Below are positions 36,999 through 48,532 of a stretch of DNA of 64,000 nt, in pieces. Below the pieces are notes generated by a model, which was given only the letters and a program-made list of their open reading frames with translations, had not been told where the DNA came from and did not search any database. This stretch comes from a virus. Its lineage: Duplodnaviria > Caudoviricetes. The number at the start of each line of letters is the position of its first letter. Position 1 is the first letter of the stretch. The stretch is taken from the IMG/VR virus record IMGVR_UViG_3300033074_000984. One strand, 5' to 3'. A program made the position numbers and the translations under genes.

Positions 36999-39900
36999 AT
37001 GGGCATCCTCACTAAGAACTACGGCGTCGACTCCGCTAAGTCGTTTTACAACGACCTCGCGTCTACGAGCTCCAGCACCTACGTGTTCGTTGGCCGGCCA
37101 ACGCCGTGGACAGATGACCAGTCGCCTCCGACAGCTAACCTCTCAGTCGAGTCTACGAACCTCGTCGTCTATCCAACGATAGCCTACGGAAAGCGCGTAA
37201 GCTCCGCTGACTCTGTGTTGATGGCTCGACGAGTGCAGTGGACGAGCAACACGGTCTACGCGGCGTACGACCACGCTGACGAAGACCTGTACTCTAAGGA
37301 CTTCTATGTGGTCACGGACGACCTAGCGGTCTTCAAGTGTCTGCACAACGCTGGTGGAGAGCCGAGCACTATCAAGCCAGCGGTGTTCTCCACAGACGGC
37401 TTCTTTCAGACGAGTGACGGCTACGTCTGGAAGTACCTCTACAGCATCAGTCCGACAACGAACTCCAAGCACTACAGCGCCTCCTACGTTCCGGTCGTGC
37501 CCAACTCTGCTGTAGCAGCAGCTGCAGTTGACGGGTCGATAGACTTCGTCGAGGTTGAGAGCGCTGGTCAGAACTTCACTGCTCACGCTCGAGGGTTCCT
37601 TGGCTCTGTCGTCAACACGTCTGCGATAGGCCTGTCTACAGACGCCAGCACCACGCCTGGCGCTTACACCGGTGCGGGGATCTACCTTCATAGCAGTCCT
37701 GGTGGCAGCCAGCTCGCGCGAATAACGAACTACGTAGGCGGCACGAGTCGTCTCGCAATCGTAGATCCGCCGCTGAGCGTACACGAGACCCTGGTGCTCA
37801 ACAACATACAGGGCACCTTCGCTATCGCCGACGTGATGATTCAAGAGGTCTACTCGATCGGTACGTCTACTCTTAGAGGCGACGCGAGCTACGGCTCGGT
37901 TGTTCAGCAGTCAGACAGCGCCGCGGCCGGCGTCGTGCAATCGTCTAACTCGACAGTCGTCGTCGTTTATCCCACCACCAACACCGCGTTCGAAGCGACC
38001 ACCCCGATATACAACACGACCGACTCTGGATCACTACAGACCGGCACTGTGACGACTACGTCTGGCTCTGCTAACGTCGTCGGCGCCGGCACCGCCTTCA
38101 CCACTGACTACACAGTTGGTCAGTACGTTCGCGTTGGACCCGTTGCAAACACTCAGATAAGACGAGTGACGTCCATCGCTAACGCCACCCACATGTCTGT
38201 CACGCCTGCGTTCAGTCAGTCACTCACAGGCAACTCGCACTACTTAGTCTCGAGCGCGTTCACGCCGACGGCCGTGACGCTCTCAAGCGCTAACGGCACA
38301 ATCGACTACGTCAACGTAGACGGTCAAATAGTAGAGTTCGCTAACGTTCTCGTCGAGGGAGTAGCTTTCGTTCCTGGTGAGACCGTCGTCGAGGTCAACG
38401 GCGCTGGTGACTCACAAAGCGTCACTGGCGTGGTCGACTACGCCAACGCCAGCCACCTCATACTCTCTTCTATATCTGGGTCACTGACGACTGGCTTGTA
38501 CCTTCTCGGCTCGTCAAGCGCCCAGAGAGCTCAGATCGTAGAGCTCGACTCGTACCCGTCCGTTGGCGTGCTCGCCTCTCACTCGGACTTTAGAGCGGGG
38601 TGGCCGGCTAGAGCAGTCAGCGCGTCTAGCGGAGCACAGACCGGCAACGCTCAAGTCGTCACAGCGACGCCGTTTCCAGGCGAGCTCTCAGAGTACGTCG
38701 TCGGCCCACAGATAGTCATCGAGGGCGACGGTTACGGAGCAACAGCGTACGCCACCGTGAGCGACGAGGTCGGCCTAGTGAACTCCGTGGCTAGCGTTAC
38801 GGTCTTGGATCACGGCGCCGGCTACACCTACGCCAACGTGTACGTGTCTGACAACACGGCCTTCGGTAACTCTGCTGTGTTTAGAGCCATCATAGCGCCT
38901 CACGGCGGGCACGGCGCTGACGCTTACTCTGAGCTTGACGCTCGCTACGTCAGCGTCTCTGTAGAGTTCGACACCTTCGAGAACGAGCTCTACGACCTGC
39001 CAACATACGGCTCTTATCGAACGATCGGCTTGCTAAGAGACCCACAGTACTCCAGCGTCAGGCTCGGCCTGTCAGAACCCACGCGAGTCGGACTAGAAGT
39101 TGCTGGCACGTCTGGCTCGTTCGTTGTCGGAGAGGTCGCGTACCAGGCCAACACGGGCGCAGGCGGTACGGTGGAGTGGTCTAACACGAACTACGTAGAG
39201 CTGTCTCACAGGTCTGGTGACTTCGCTTCAGGCAGCGCAGTCGTCGGCCTCTCATCAGGGGCCACGGCTAACGTGACGTCTGCAGCGAACATAGAGTTCT
39301 CTGTAGACGGCGTGGACCTCACAGTGACTCAAGACGTCACCTCTGCGTCTATGACGCTGTACGACGTCGACCCAGCCGGCCCCTACATAGACGTCACCGG
39401 TGTCACCGGTCGCATCGCGAACTCTTACGCGGTCTCTGCCGTAGAGGGGAACGCGACAGCCAACGTGGTGTCTATAACCGAGTCGGGACGCGACGTGTCG
39501 GCCACCTTCGGAGCAAGGTTCACGCAGACGCAACGCGTCGCCATGACCACCAACACGGGCTCGTTCTCCGTGTACGAGCGAGTGATTCAGGACACGAGCA
39601 ACGCCTCTGGCGTCATCATCTCGCTCGACTCTGACGTAGACCTCATAGTCTCTGGCGCTACCGGATCGTTCTATAGAGGAAACGAGCTGTCCTCGAATAA
39701 CGGAGCAACCGCTGTCGTCGTCGGAGTCGGAAATACTACGCATCTGAAGCTGTCTTCTGTAACTGGAGACTGGGTACCAGGAAACTACGCCATAAATAAC
39801 GTCGGGATAGAAGCTCTCATAGAAGCGGCTTATCCGGCGCTGTGTCTTACAGACTCGCGCGGGACGATGCTCGAGGGCTCTTATAACATAGTCGGCGACG

Positions 39901-40055
39901 AGAGCGGCAGCATAGCGAGGGCAGCTCACGCCAACTCCATAAGCAACCCCTCTCTAGTGAGAGACACGGGTGTCGTGACTTACGTCTCGCACCAGTCGCC
40001 ATTCACGAGAGGTAAAAACACCCGCGAGCAGGTAAAGCTCGTTCTGAAGTACTAG
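36999..40055 (+). CDS. 8: Baseplate wedge subunit gp8 with large insertions
   Basis: YVFVGRPTPW, FYVVT....VFKCL.N, DGYVWKYLY, P.GGHGAD...EL and EQVKLVL. Confidence 0.85.
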   Translation: MGILTKNYGVDSAKSFYNDLASTSSSTYVFVGRPTPWTDDQSPPTANLSVESTNLVVYPTIAYGKRVSSADSVLMARRVQWTSNTVYAAYDHADEDLYSKDFYVVTDDLAVFKCLHNAGGEPSTIKPAVFSTDGFFQTSDGYVWKYLYSISPTTNSKHYSASYVPVVPNSAVAAAAVDGSIDFVEVESAGQNFTAHARGFLGSVVNTSAIGLSTDASTTPGAYTGAGIYLHSSPGGSQLARITNYVGGTSRLAIVDPPLSVHETLVLNNIQGTFAIADVMIQEVYSIGTSTLRGDASYGSVVQQSDSAAAGVVQSSNSTVVVVYPTTNTAFEATTPIYNTTDSGSLQTGTVTTTSGSANVVGAGTAFTTDYTVGQYVRVGPVANTQIRRVTSIANATHMSVTPAFSQSLTGNSHYLVSSAFTPTAVTLSSANGTIDYVNVDGQIVEFANVLVEGVAFVPGETVVEVNGAGDSQSVTGVVDYANASHLILSSISGSLTTGLYLLGSSSAQRAQIVELDSYPSVGVLASHSDFRAGWPARAVSASSGAQTGNAQVVTATPFPGELSEYVVGPQIVIEGDGYGATAYATVSDEVGLVNSVASVTVLDHGAGYTYANVYVSDNTAFGNSAVFRAIIAPHGGHGADAYSELDARYVSVSVEFDTFENELYDLPTYGSYRTIGLLRDPQYSSVRLGLSEPTRVGLEVAGTSGSFVVGEVAYQANTGAGGTVEWSNTNYVELSHRSGDFASGSAVVGLSSGATANVTSAANIEFSVDGVDLTVTQDVTSASMTLYDVDPAGPYIDVTGVTGRIANSYAVSAVEGNATANVVSITESGRDVSATFGARFTQTQRVAMTTNTGSFSVYERVIQDTSNASGVIISLDSDVDLIVSGATGSFYRGNELSSNNGATAVVVGVGNTTHLKLSSVTGDWVPGNYAINNVGIEALIEAAYPALCLTDSRGTMLEGSYNIVGDESGSIARAAHANSISNPSLVRDTGVVTYVSHQSPFTRGKNTREQVKLVLKY

Positions 40056-40066
40056 GACACAGTCAC

Positions 40067-43000
40067 TTGGCACTCGAAATCGACCTCTCGAAGAGTCCCT
40101 ACTACGACGACTACAGCCCAGACAAGCACTTTCATAGGGTGCTCGTCAGGCCGGCAATTCCTGTGCAGGCTAGAGAGCTCACGACGTCCCAGACGATCAT
40201 GCAAGACCAGATCGAACGGTTCGGTCGGCACATCTTCAAGGACGGCTCCATCGTCGAGAAGTGCGAGCTTTACTACGAGCCTGGCCTGCAGTACGTCAAG
40301 CTCGGTGACACGTACGCCAACGGCTACTCGCTAACCGTCGCTGACCTGGTTGGTAAGCAGCTTCGTAGTGACGCTTCCGGCCTTCGAGCGCTCGTGACAG
40401 ACTCTGCACAGGGCGCGACGACCAGCTCTCCAGACCTCAACACCGTCTACATCGACTACCTCAACTCTGGAAACGACTACGTCACTAAGACGTTCGCCGA
40501 GGACGAGGTCCTTACTGTCTACACGACTAGCAACGTAGCCATCGGTCAGGTCTCCACCGCTAACGCCGCTGTGTCGGGCAACAGCGCCTACGTGGGCTAC
40601 GCCTACAAGATGGCAGTGTCGGGCGGAACCGTCTTCCAGAAGGGCTTCTTCATCGGCGTCGAGCCGCAGTCTATCGTCGTCACGAAGTACCACAACCGCC
40701 CTGACAAGCTGTCTGTGGGCTTTCACACCGTAGAGTCTATCGTAACGCCAGAGGAGGACCCGAGCCTCCTTGACAACGCTGCCGGATCTGAGAACTACGG
40801 AGCTCCAGGCGCGCACCGACTTCGCCTCACACCGACCCTGGTCGTTCGCGACACCTCCAACACGACTAACAGCAACACTGAGGTCTTCTTCGCCCTCGCA
40901 GACTTCGTCGAGGGCGCCCCGTCAAGAGCCGCTGGCGTTGACCCGGCCTACGCAGCGCTCGGCGACGAGCTGGCTAAGAGGACTAACGAGGAGTCTGGCG
41001 ACTACATAATCGAGCCGTTCAACATGCGAGCGCTGCCGATATCTGGCAACAACACGCACCTGAAGCTCGAGCTAGACCCTGGCCTGGCCTACATCAAGGG
41101 CTATCGTGTCAAGACCGTTGGCAAGCTGGTCAGCTCGATCAGGAAGTCTGACGACATCAGACAGATAGAGGACCAAGTCGTGTCTGCCACCGTTGGCAGC
41201 TACGTCTACGCGACAGAGTATGCAGGCCTGTTCGACTTTCCGACGATAGCGTCGGTGTCACTCCGAAGCGCCAACGCTCAGGTCGTCACGACCGCTCTAG
41301 CGACTGGAGCCAGCGTTGACAGCGTCTCTGCTCCCGGCTCTGAGATCGGCACGGCGAAGATCATCGGCGCGTATCACGACTCAGGCTCTGTTGGTCTGCC
41401 GAGCACGACCTATCGCATGTACCTCACTGACATCGTCATGGCGCCGAACACGAGCTTCTCGAGCGTTCGGTCTCTGTACAGCGTCTCGGGAGGGGCGAAG
41501 GGCTTCGCAGACCTCGTTCTCGAGTCTAACAACGCGATCCTCAAGGACTCGTCTCTAACCCCACTCATCTACGACCTCGGCACCGATCACACTCGAGCGC
41601 TCATAAGCAGCGCCAACACCATCAACGCGCAGTTCGACTTCCGTACGGCGTCTAACGTCACGTTCGCAGTTGGCGGCACGGCTACGCTTAGCGTGCCCAG
41701 CCACGTAGGCGGCACTAACAAGTTCCCTTACGGCGTAGGCGCGCTAGACTCTACGTCCGAGAACGACTTCATGGTCGTCGTCACGAGCAACGCGGCCACG
41801 GCTAACCTGGCGGGTCGAGTCAGCAACACCAGCGCTAACACTGTTGGGTGGACGATAGGACAGTCGTCAGACTTCACCTCCCAGTACTCTGTTGGCGAGC
41901 ACGTCCTGTTCCTTAACGCTACGGCGTCAGAGGTGGGACGAGTAACCGCGGTTACGAGCTCGAGCATCTCTCTAGCCAACAACCTCACCTACGCCTGGTC
42001 AAACTCGGCGCACGCCAAGTACTACCCTGTCGGCTACACCATACCGTTCAGCTCGAGCTCGGGACGATCTATCACTATAAGCTCTGCGACGAGCGCCTCT
42101 CTGGCCCTCGGTGAGACCTTTACTGGGTCCTTCAACTCCAGGATCTACTACAACGTACGACGAACGAACGCCGTGCCAGCAGCGAAGACCCTTAACACAA
42201 GCGTCTTTGTCAAGATCAACACTGACACCCACACCAACGGGACAACCGGCCCGTGGAGCCTCGGGCTGCCAGACACGTTCCTACTCAAGCACGTCTATGT
42301 CGGCTCTGGCACCTACGCCAACACCAACCCGGACAGGACGTCTCTGTTCTCTGTAGATCCTGGACAAAAGGACACCTACTACGGACTCTCTCGCCTGACC
42401 AAGAGCCCGACGTACGCGCTTCCGGCCAACGCATCACTGCTCGTCGAAGTCATGTGCTTCGCTCCTGACACGTCACAGGGTGTCGGCTACTTCTCCGTGG
42501 ACTCGTTCGACATCGACGACTCCGGTAACAGCAGCTCTAACAGCATCTCGACGCAGTACGTGCCGAGCTACACCTCTGCTAGCTCCGGCAAGAGCTACTC
42601 GTTCCGTGACTCGGTGGACTTCAGACAGTACGCCGTAGCAACCGCGGCGTACGCCGCCAACGCCAGCTCTGCCACCACGAACCCCAACGGCAACAACAGC
42701 CTCTCTGTCACGTCTAGCTTCTTCCCCGTAGTCGACTCCACGTTCGAGTCGGACGTTCAGTACTACCTCGGAAGGAAAGACGTCGTCGGACTGACCCCAG
42801 AGGGCTCTGTCGTGGTCGTCGAGGGCACCCCGTCTGAGAGGCCGATAGAGCCGCACAAGATCTCATCCGGCATCTCGCTCTCATACGTCACGGTTCCGCC
42901 GTACCCGTCGCTCACCTCTACAGAGGCGCGTGACAACCAGTCCGGCGTTGACACGATCCAGTTCACGCCTATCAAGAACCGTCGCTACACCATGAGCGAC

Positions 43001-46000
43001 ATCGGCAAGCTCGACGACCGCATCTCAGTCGTAGAGTACTACACCTCTCTGAGCCTTCTCGAGCAGTCGACTAAGTCGCTACTGCTAGAGTCAGAGACGG
43101 GTGGTGACAGGTTCAAGAACGGCATCATCGCTGACCCGTTTAACGGTCACGACATCGGCAACGTGACCGACCCTGACTATAACATAGCTATGGACTCTGC
43201 GACGTCAGAGGCTCGCCCGATCGTCACGCAGAAGCTCGTACAGATGAAGTACGACTCCGCCACGCCAACTTCGAGCAGCATCTACGTCAGCGACAACGGG
43301 AAGCTCGTGATTCTCGGCTGCGAACGCGTCGAGAACCCGTACCTCTTCCAGATGTACGCCACGCAGCTGCGCAATCCCAGCCAGGACATCGCGTACCGCT
43401 GGGTCGGCACAGTCAACCTGACGCCAGAGGGCGACTACACCCCCGACGTCACGGTCAACCCAGACGTGACTGTCGGTCTCGACTTGTACTCCAACTTCAA
43501 GTACCTCTACGACCGTCTCAACCTCGCTGACGGCGGCATCGGCCAGGGAGCATGGGTGACGCAGTACGGCACGTGGAGAGAGACAGGCACCACGTCGACC
43601 ACCGACACAAGCACGACTCCCGGCAGCACCACGTACAGCCCGCAATACAGCGTTCACGTTGACAGCGTTGGATGGTACTACGTCGATCCAGCTACCGGTC
43701 AGAAGGTGTATGTCGCTGACATCTCCATGGGCCCGAACGCTGGCGGGCTCAACTTCGGTTGGAAGGAGACCGGTGACCAGACCGTTCAGTTCGTCACGAA
43801 GACGGCTGCTAGCACCACCACGACAGTCACCACGAGCGTTGACCAGACGCGAACTGGAATACAGTCAAACGTTCAAGAGAACACTACGACGTACAGTCTC
43901 GGCTCGTACGTAACAGACGTCGCGCTTCAGCCGTTCATCAAGGCCCAGGCGATCTACTTCGGAGCCGTCGGCTTGAAGCCGTCCACCCGCATGTGGATGT
44001 TCTTCGACGACGACGCGATCTCGCAGTACTGCGCACAGCTCACAAACGGCGTGCTCGGCCCGCTGGGCGGACCGTTCGTCACAGACGAGCTCGGGTCTAT
44101 CGAGGGCTGGTTCTTCCTTCCCTCGAGCACCTTCAGGACGGGAGAGCGCAAGTTCCGCATACTTGACATCTCGGACCTCGTCACAGAGACGACAATCTTG
44201 CGCTCGAGCGCAGAGGCCACCTTCTACGGCACGAACCTCTCGTACGCCAAGAACAACATCAACCTCGAGATCAAAGACGCGACGGTCTATCAGAAAGACA
44301 TCCAGGAGTCTCGAACTGTCGTCTCTAGCGTGAGCACGACGACCGGCGGCCAGGTGTCTACGGCCGTCGTGAACTGCAAGTGCTACGGATCGCCGTGCGC
44401 TCAGAGCTTCATAATGCCCGAGGAGAAGCTCGGAGAGAACGACATCTCTGGCGTCTACATCGCGGCCATGGACCTGTTCTTCTCGAAGAAGCACGAGACG
44501 CTAGGCCTCACGGTCATGATCCGTGAGATGGAGAACGGCTACCCGGCGCCTAGGATCCTCCCGTACGGCTCTAAGCACCTGACGTCCGACGACGTCCTGC
44601 TCTCTGACGACGCTACGCTGGCCACCACGGTGGTCTTCGAGGCGCCGGTGTTCCTCGAGAGCAAGAAGGAGTACTGCATAGTCGTCAAGGCCGACGGCTT
44701 CAATCCTGACTACGCCATGTGGACCGCTGCTCTCGGCGGTGATCCCGACGTCACTCTCAACGTGCCCGTCTATCACAACAGCTTCGTAGGAAACTTCTTT
44801 ACGAGCTCGACGGACACCGGCTGGACCGCGTACCAGCAAGAGGACCTGAAGATCGCGATCTATCGACTGACGTTCACCACCCTGGACGCAGTCGCAAGCT
44901 TCGTCAACGAGGACTGGGAGTTCTTGAAGCTTAACAGCCAGCTCGGCACGTTCATGGTTGGCGAGCAGGTGTACTTCGCTAACACCGCCGACTACTCAAA
45001 CGGCGTCTACGTCGAGTCTGGTAACACGACGATCGGCCTCTCAAGCAACGCCGGCTTCTCCGCCAACGACAAGATCTACGTGCTCTCCAACACGAACGTC
45101 TCAGCGTTCGTGGCCAACGTCGTGTCCGTCGGATCAAACACCATCACCGTCAACGCGACGCCTGACTTCTCAGACGCAGACTGCGAGATCGGTCACCTGA
45201 GAAACTCGGGACAGCTGTACGGCAGCCTCTATGAGTGGGTTCCGGTGACGGGCGAGATGACCGTGGCTAACTCGACCGCTACGGGCGCGAGCTACGTCAT
45301 AGCCAACACCCGTGTCATCGGCGCCATGTCTAACGCGAGCGCCAACGTCGCTCTCGTAGACGACCTGCCGTACAACGTGGTGATGCCCAAGCTCGCCACG
45401 AGCGTCCCTCACCAGACGGCGCTGACGTTCTCGTTCAAGGGCTCGTCAAACACCTACGTCTATGACACCGCTGAGACTGCGCTCGAGTTCGCTAACGACA
45501 GAGAGCTTCGAGACTACGAACGCCTAGTCCTGTCGCGCTCGAACGAGCTCGCGGGCTCTTACGGCAAGTCGCTAAGGCTGTACGCTCACTACTACTCGAA
45601 CTCTGAGAAGACGAGCCCGGCCATTGACATGAACAAGTGTGGAATGCACACTGTTCGTAACATAATCAACGCAGACGCAGCTAACAACTACATCCGCGAT
45701 TCTGAGAAGGGAAACGGCGGCTACGCCATCGACAGGTACATCTCTAGGGCGGTCGTCTTGGCTGACGGTCAAGACGCCGAGGACATCAAGATACTTGTCG
45801 CGGCTTACCAGCCGGCGAGCTCCAAGGTGCTCGTCTATGCTCGTATCCAGCACTACGCCGATCCAGACCTGTTCACCGAGAAGCCGTGGACGCTCCTGGA
45901 GACCGGCACCACTCTCGTGTCTAGTCGAGCTAACGCTCAGGACTTCATCGAGTACGAGTACGGCTTCCCGACAGTCGACCCAGGCGACGGCTCTGCGTGG

Positions 46001-46159
46001 TGCAACCCGAGCAACTACGGCATAGTGCAGTACGAGGGTGCAGACGGTCAGGTCTATGAGGGCTACAAGGTCTTCGCTGTAAAGATCGTGCTTCTCTCGA
46101 GCGACTCAGCCGTCGTGCCAAGGCTGCAAGACATGAGGGGCATGGCTCTTCAACAGTGA
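40067..46159 (+). CDS. VrlC-like (DUF4815) large virion structural protein
   Basis: SPYYDDY..KHFHRVL.RP..PVQARELT..Q...Q.QIERFG, APGAHRL, RT.EESGDY, RYTM.DIGKL..RI..VEYY and RFKNG.I.D.F. Confidence 0.88.
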   Translation: MALEIDLSKSPYYDDYSPDKHFHRVLVRPAIPVQARELTTSQTIMQDQIERFGRHIFKDGSIVEKCELYYEPGLQYVKLGDTYANGYSLTVADLVGKQLRSDASGLRALVTDSAQGATTSSPDLNTVYIDYLNSGNDYVTKTFAEDEVLTVYTTSNVAIGQVSTANAAVSGNSAYVGYAYKMAVSGGTVFQKGFFIGVEPQSIVVTKYHNRPDKLSVGFHTVESIVTPEEDPSLLDNAAGSENYGAPGAHRLRLTPTLVVRDTSNTTNSNTEVFFALADFVEGAPSRAAGVDPAYAALGDELAKRTNEESGDYIIEPFNMRALPISGNNTHLKLELDPGLAYIKGYRVKTVGKLVSSIRKSDDIRQIEDQVVSATVGSYVYATEYAGLFDFPTIASVSLRSANAQVVTTALATGASVDSVSAPGSEIGTAKIIGAYHDSGSVGLPSTTYRMYLTDIVMAPNTSFSSVRSLYSVSGGAKGFADLVLESNNAILKDSSLTPLIYDLGTDHTRALISSANTINAQFDFRTASNVTFAVGGTATLSVPSHVGGTNKFPYGVGALDSTSENDFMVVVTSNAATANLAGRVSNTSANTVGWTIGQSSDFTSQYSVGEHVLFLNATASEVGRVTAVTSSSISLANNLTYAWSNSAHAKYYPVGYTIPFSSSSGRSITISSATSASLALGETFTGSFNSRIYYNVRRTNAVPAAKTLNTSVFVKINTDTHTNGTTGPWSLGLPDTFLLKHVYVGSGTYANTNPDRTSLFSVDPGQKDTYYGLSRLTKSPTYALPANASLLVEVMCFAPDTSQGVGYFSVDSFDIDDSGNSSSNSISTQYVPSYTSASSGKSYSFRDSVDFRQYAVATAAYAANASSATTNPNGNNSLSVTSSFFPVVDSTFESDVQYYLGRKDVVGLTPEGSVVVVEGTPSERPIEPHKISSGISLSYVTVPPYPSLTSTEARDNQSGVDTIQFTPIKNRRYTMSDIGKLDDRISVVEYYTSLSLLEQSTKSLLLESETGGDRFKNGIIADPFNGHDIGNVTDPDYNIAMDSATSEARPIVTQKLVQMKYDSATPTSSSIYVSDNGKLVILGCERVENPYLFQMYATQLRNPSQDIAYRWVGTVNLTPEGDYTPDVTVNPDVTVGLDLYSNFKYLYDRLNLADGGIGQGAWVTQYGTWRETGTTSTTDTSTTPGSTTYSPQYSVHVDSVGWYYVDPATGQKVYVADISMGPNAGGLNFGWKETGDQTVQFVTKTAASTTTTVTTSVDQTRTGIQSNVQENTTTYSLGSYVTDVALQPFIKAQAIYFGAVGLKPSTRMWMFFDDDAISQYCAQLTNGVLGPLGGPFVTDELGSIEGWFFLPSSTFRTGERKFRILDISDLVTETTILRSSAEATFYGTNLSYAKNNINLEIKDATVYQKDIQESRTVVSSVSTTTGGQVSTAVVNCKCYGSPCAQSFIMPEEKLGENDISGVYIAAMDLFFSKKHETLGLTVMIREMENGYPAPRILPYGSKHLTSDDVLLSDDATLATTVVFEAPVFLESKKEYCIVVKADGFNPDYAMWTAALGGDPDVTLNVPVYHNSFVGNFFTSSTDTGWTAYQQEDLKIAIYRLTFTTLDAVASFVNEDWEFLKLNSQLGTFMVGEQVYFANTADYSNGVYVESGNTTIGLSSNAGFSANDKIYVLSNTNVSAFVANVVSVGSNTITVNATPDFSDADCEIGHLRNSGQLYGSLYEWVPVTGEMTVANSTATGASYVIANTRVIGAMSNASANVALVDDLPYNVVMPKLATSVPHQTALTFSFKGSSNTYVYDTAETALEFANDRELRDYERLVLSRSNELAGSYGKSLRLYAHYYSNSEKTSPAIDMNKCGMHTVRNIINADAANNYIRDSEKGNGGYAIDRYISRAVVLADGQDAEDIKILVAAYQPASSKVLVYARIQHYADPDLFTEKPWTLLETGTTLVSSRANAQDFIEYEYGFPTVDPGDGSAWCNPSNYGIVQYEGADGQVYEGYKVFAVKIVLLSSDSAVVPRLQDMRGMALQQ

Positions 46160-46204
46160 CTAGCACGTTTTGCGCATATATAGTTCCACATGGAGGACTA
46201 ACAT

Positions 46205-46960
46205 ATGCAAACCAAGTACGGCTTCGTCTACGTCTGGAGAGACAGAAAGCACAAGAGGTACTACGTAGGGTCCCACTGGGGACGGGAGGATGACGGCTAC
46301 GTCTGTAGCTCTCGATGGATGCTAGCCGCAATCAATCGACGTCCGAACGACTTTAAGCGACGCGTGATCAAGCGAGGATTCATCGACAGAGCCGCTCTAT
46401 ATGCAGAAGAGCGTAGATGGCTCTCCATGATCAAGCCTGAAGAGATAAAGCAGGGCTCAAAGAGCCGTTACTATAACCTCAACATAAAGGGCGCTGGTCA
46501 CTGGGTCGCGTTTCCAGACACCAGGAGCATTCGCGAGAAGATCAGCGCTGCTAACAAGGCCTCTCACAAAGGGATGACTCCCTTCTGGGCAATAGAAGCT
46601 AATCGTGGTAGAAAGCACTCCCAGGAGCGCAAAGATCGACAGATCGCTGCCTGGAAAAGCAACCCCGCAAACGTGGAGAGGGCGAGAGCGACTGGTCAAG
46701 CGCGACGCGGATCAAAGGCGTCTCCAGAGAGCATAGAAAAGATGCTAGAAACGAGAAGACGCAACGGCACGCGTAGCGTGATCACTGAAAAAACTAGGGA
46801 GATGTCTAGGACCGTAGAGGCTCTAGCAAAGAGGTCCCTGTCAATGGCTGGAAAGAACACTGGTAAGCGACCAGTCGCAACGTGTCCGCACTGCGGTAAG
46901 ATCGGTGGAGACAACGCCATGCGGCGCTATCACTTCAACAACTGTAGAGAGGCAGCATGA
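46205..46960 (+). mobile_element. Free-standing GIY-YIG (Seg-like) homing endonuclease gene 1
   Basis: GFVYVW...YYVGSH...DDGY..SS, E..WL and YYNL; C-terminal CPHCGK...HFNNC. Confidence 0.88.
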
Positions 46961-47178
46961 ACCTGGTAAAGGTGAGGGACCACCCCGGCCTCGCGCGCGA
47001 CATGAACAGCAAGGCGGTTCTCTCCACTGACGAGAGAGCGCTGCGACAGTACAGGGCTCGTAGGAAGCGAGCCCGCGAGCTCGCCTCAGAGCAGAGAGAG
47101 ACTGCGAAGACTATCGAAGACCTTCGTGCGCAGGTAGAAGAGCTGCGTTCAGCGATGTCTGCCATCCTCGGAAAGTAG
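46957..47178 (+). CDS. Small conserved protein typically following VrlC-like genes
   Basis: KV.DHPGL.RD..SKAVL..D...Y plus a coiled coil. Confidence 0.7.
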   Translation: MNLVKVRDHPGLARDMNSKAVLSTDERALRQYRARRKRARELASEQRETAKTIEDLRAQVEELRSAMSAILGK

Positions 47179-47179
47179 A

Positions 47180-48532
47180 ATGAAGTTTAAGGTGCTAGCA
47201 GTTAAACACGTGCTCGGCAGCCCGAAGCTCGCAGAGTTCACGTACGACAACGACACGTCAGAGCTTCGCGATCGAAACGGCGTGCTCATCGTAGACGACG
47301 CAGCGCGAGCGAAGATCGGATGCGCGTCCTGGGGAGTCGCCGAGGCTACGAGCGAGCAGAGCCCGCTCGGAAAGCTGACGAGAGTGAGAGACCTCAAGAT
47401 CCAGCTCGGGCTCCAGTGCAACTACTCTTGCACGTATTGTAGTCAACGGTTCGTCGAGCGAGCTGAGACCGGCGGCCCGTCTCAGGCAGAGGTCTTCATG
47501 AACAACCTCGACACCTGGCTAGACGGCTCGCCCGAGAAGATAGAGCTCTGGGGCGGCGAGCCGTTCGTCTACTGGAAGACGCTGAGGCCTCTAGGAGAGG
47601 CTCTTCGTGAACGTTTTCCAGACGCACAGATCATGGTGATCACGAACGGCTCTCTCCTCAACGAAGAGATCAATGACTGGATAGAGCGGCTCGGCGTCTG
47701 CGTCGGCGTGAGTCACGACGGCCCAGGACAGCACGTGCGAGGCCCAGACCCGCTCGAGGACCCAGAGAAGAGGCGCTGGGTGATCGACCTGTGGAGACGT
47801 CTGTCTCCCGTCGGTAAGATCTCGTTCAACCCGATGACTAACCGGCTGAACATGGACCGCGGCAAGATCCAGGAGTTCTTTCGCGAGCTCCTCGGCACCG
47901 ACGAGTTCTTGCTCGGAGAGGGAGACTTCATAGACGCATACGACGAGGGCGGCTCGGCGTGCTCTATGCAGAGCCGCGAGGAGCACCTCGGCTTTCGACG
48001 ACTCACCCTCGCGCAGACGAGAGCTGGCCAGAACGACCGACTCGAGATCGTCAATCGCAGGGTCGCTGAGTGGGTCAACTCTATATCCACTCAGCGACCG
48101 TCGTCCTCTCTCTGGCAGAAGTGCGGCATGGATCGACTTGACACGCTGGCCGTAGACCTCAAGGGGAACGTGATCACGTGCCAGAACGTGTCAGCCGCAG
48201 CGGTGGCCCCGAACGGCCGAGGGCACAAGATAGGCCACGTGTCTAGGATGGATCGCGTGGCTCTGAGAACGTCTACTCACTGGAGCGAGCGACCAGGCTG
48301 CCCCACGTGCCCGATGCTGCAGCTCTGCAAGGGCAGCTGCATGTTCCTTGAAGACGAGCTGTTCAAGAGGTCGTGCGACTCCTCTTACTCAGACCACGTG
48401 CCGTTCTTCGCGGTAGCGATCGAGCGGCTGACAGGCTACCTTCCGTTCAGGATAGAGCCGCTCGAGGGCAGTCTTCCAGAAGATCGAGCTGACCTTTGGG
48501 GAAGGCCTGACGAGGAGGGGGTAGTGCCGTGA
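47180..48532 (+). CDS. Radical SAM enzyme with SPASM domain
   Basis: CNYSCTYC, WGGEP, ITNGSLL and VSHDGP; C-terminal CG...VD.KGNV.TC and CPTCP..QLCKGSC. Confidence 0.92.
   Translation: MKFKVLAVKHVLGSPKLAEFTYDNDTSELRDRNGVLIVDDAARAKIGCASWGVAEATSEQSPLGKLTRVRDLKIQLGLQCNYSCTYCSQRFVERAETGGPSQAEVFMNNLDTWLDGSPEKIELWGGEPFVYWKTLRPLGEALRERFPDAQIMVITNGSLLNEEINDWIERLGVCVGVSHDGPGQHVRGPDPLEDPEKRRWVIDLWRRLSPVGKISFNPMTNRLNMDRGKIQEFFRELLGTDEFLLGEGDFIDAYDEGGSACSMQSREEHLGFRRLTLAQTRAGQNDRLEIVNRRVAEWVNSISTQRPSSSLWQKCGMDRLDTLAVDLKGNVITCQNVSAAAVAPNGRGHKIGHVSRMDRVALRTSTHWSERPGCPTCPMLQLCKGSCMFLEDELFKRSCDSSYSDHVPFFAVAIERLTGYLPFRIEPLEGSLPEDRADLWGRPDEEGVVP

Noticed and set aside
36255-45853. Numerous 60-220 aa antisense ORFs opposite structural genes
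   Set aside because: Expected from the strong codon bias in GC-rich genes; no recognisable motifs
46160-46960. Group I intron hosting the endonuclease
   Set aside because: Flanking genes end and start intact and there is no room for intron core elements; all three endonuclease genes are free-standing
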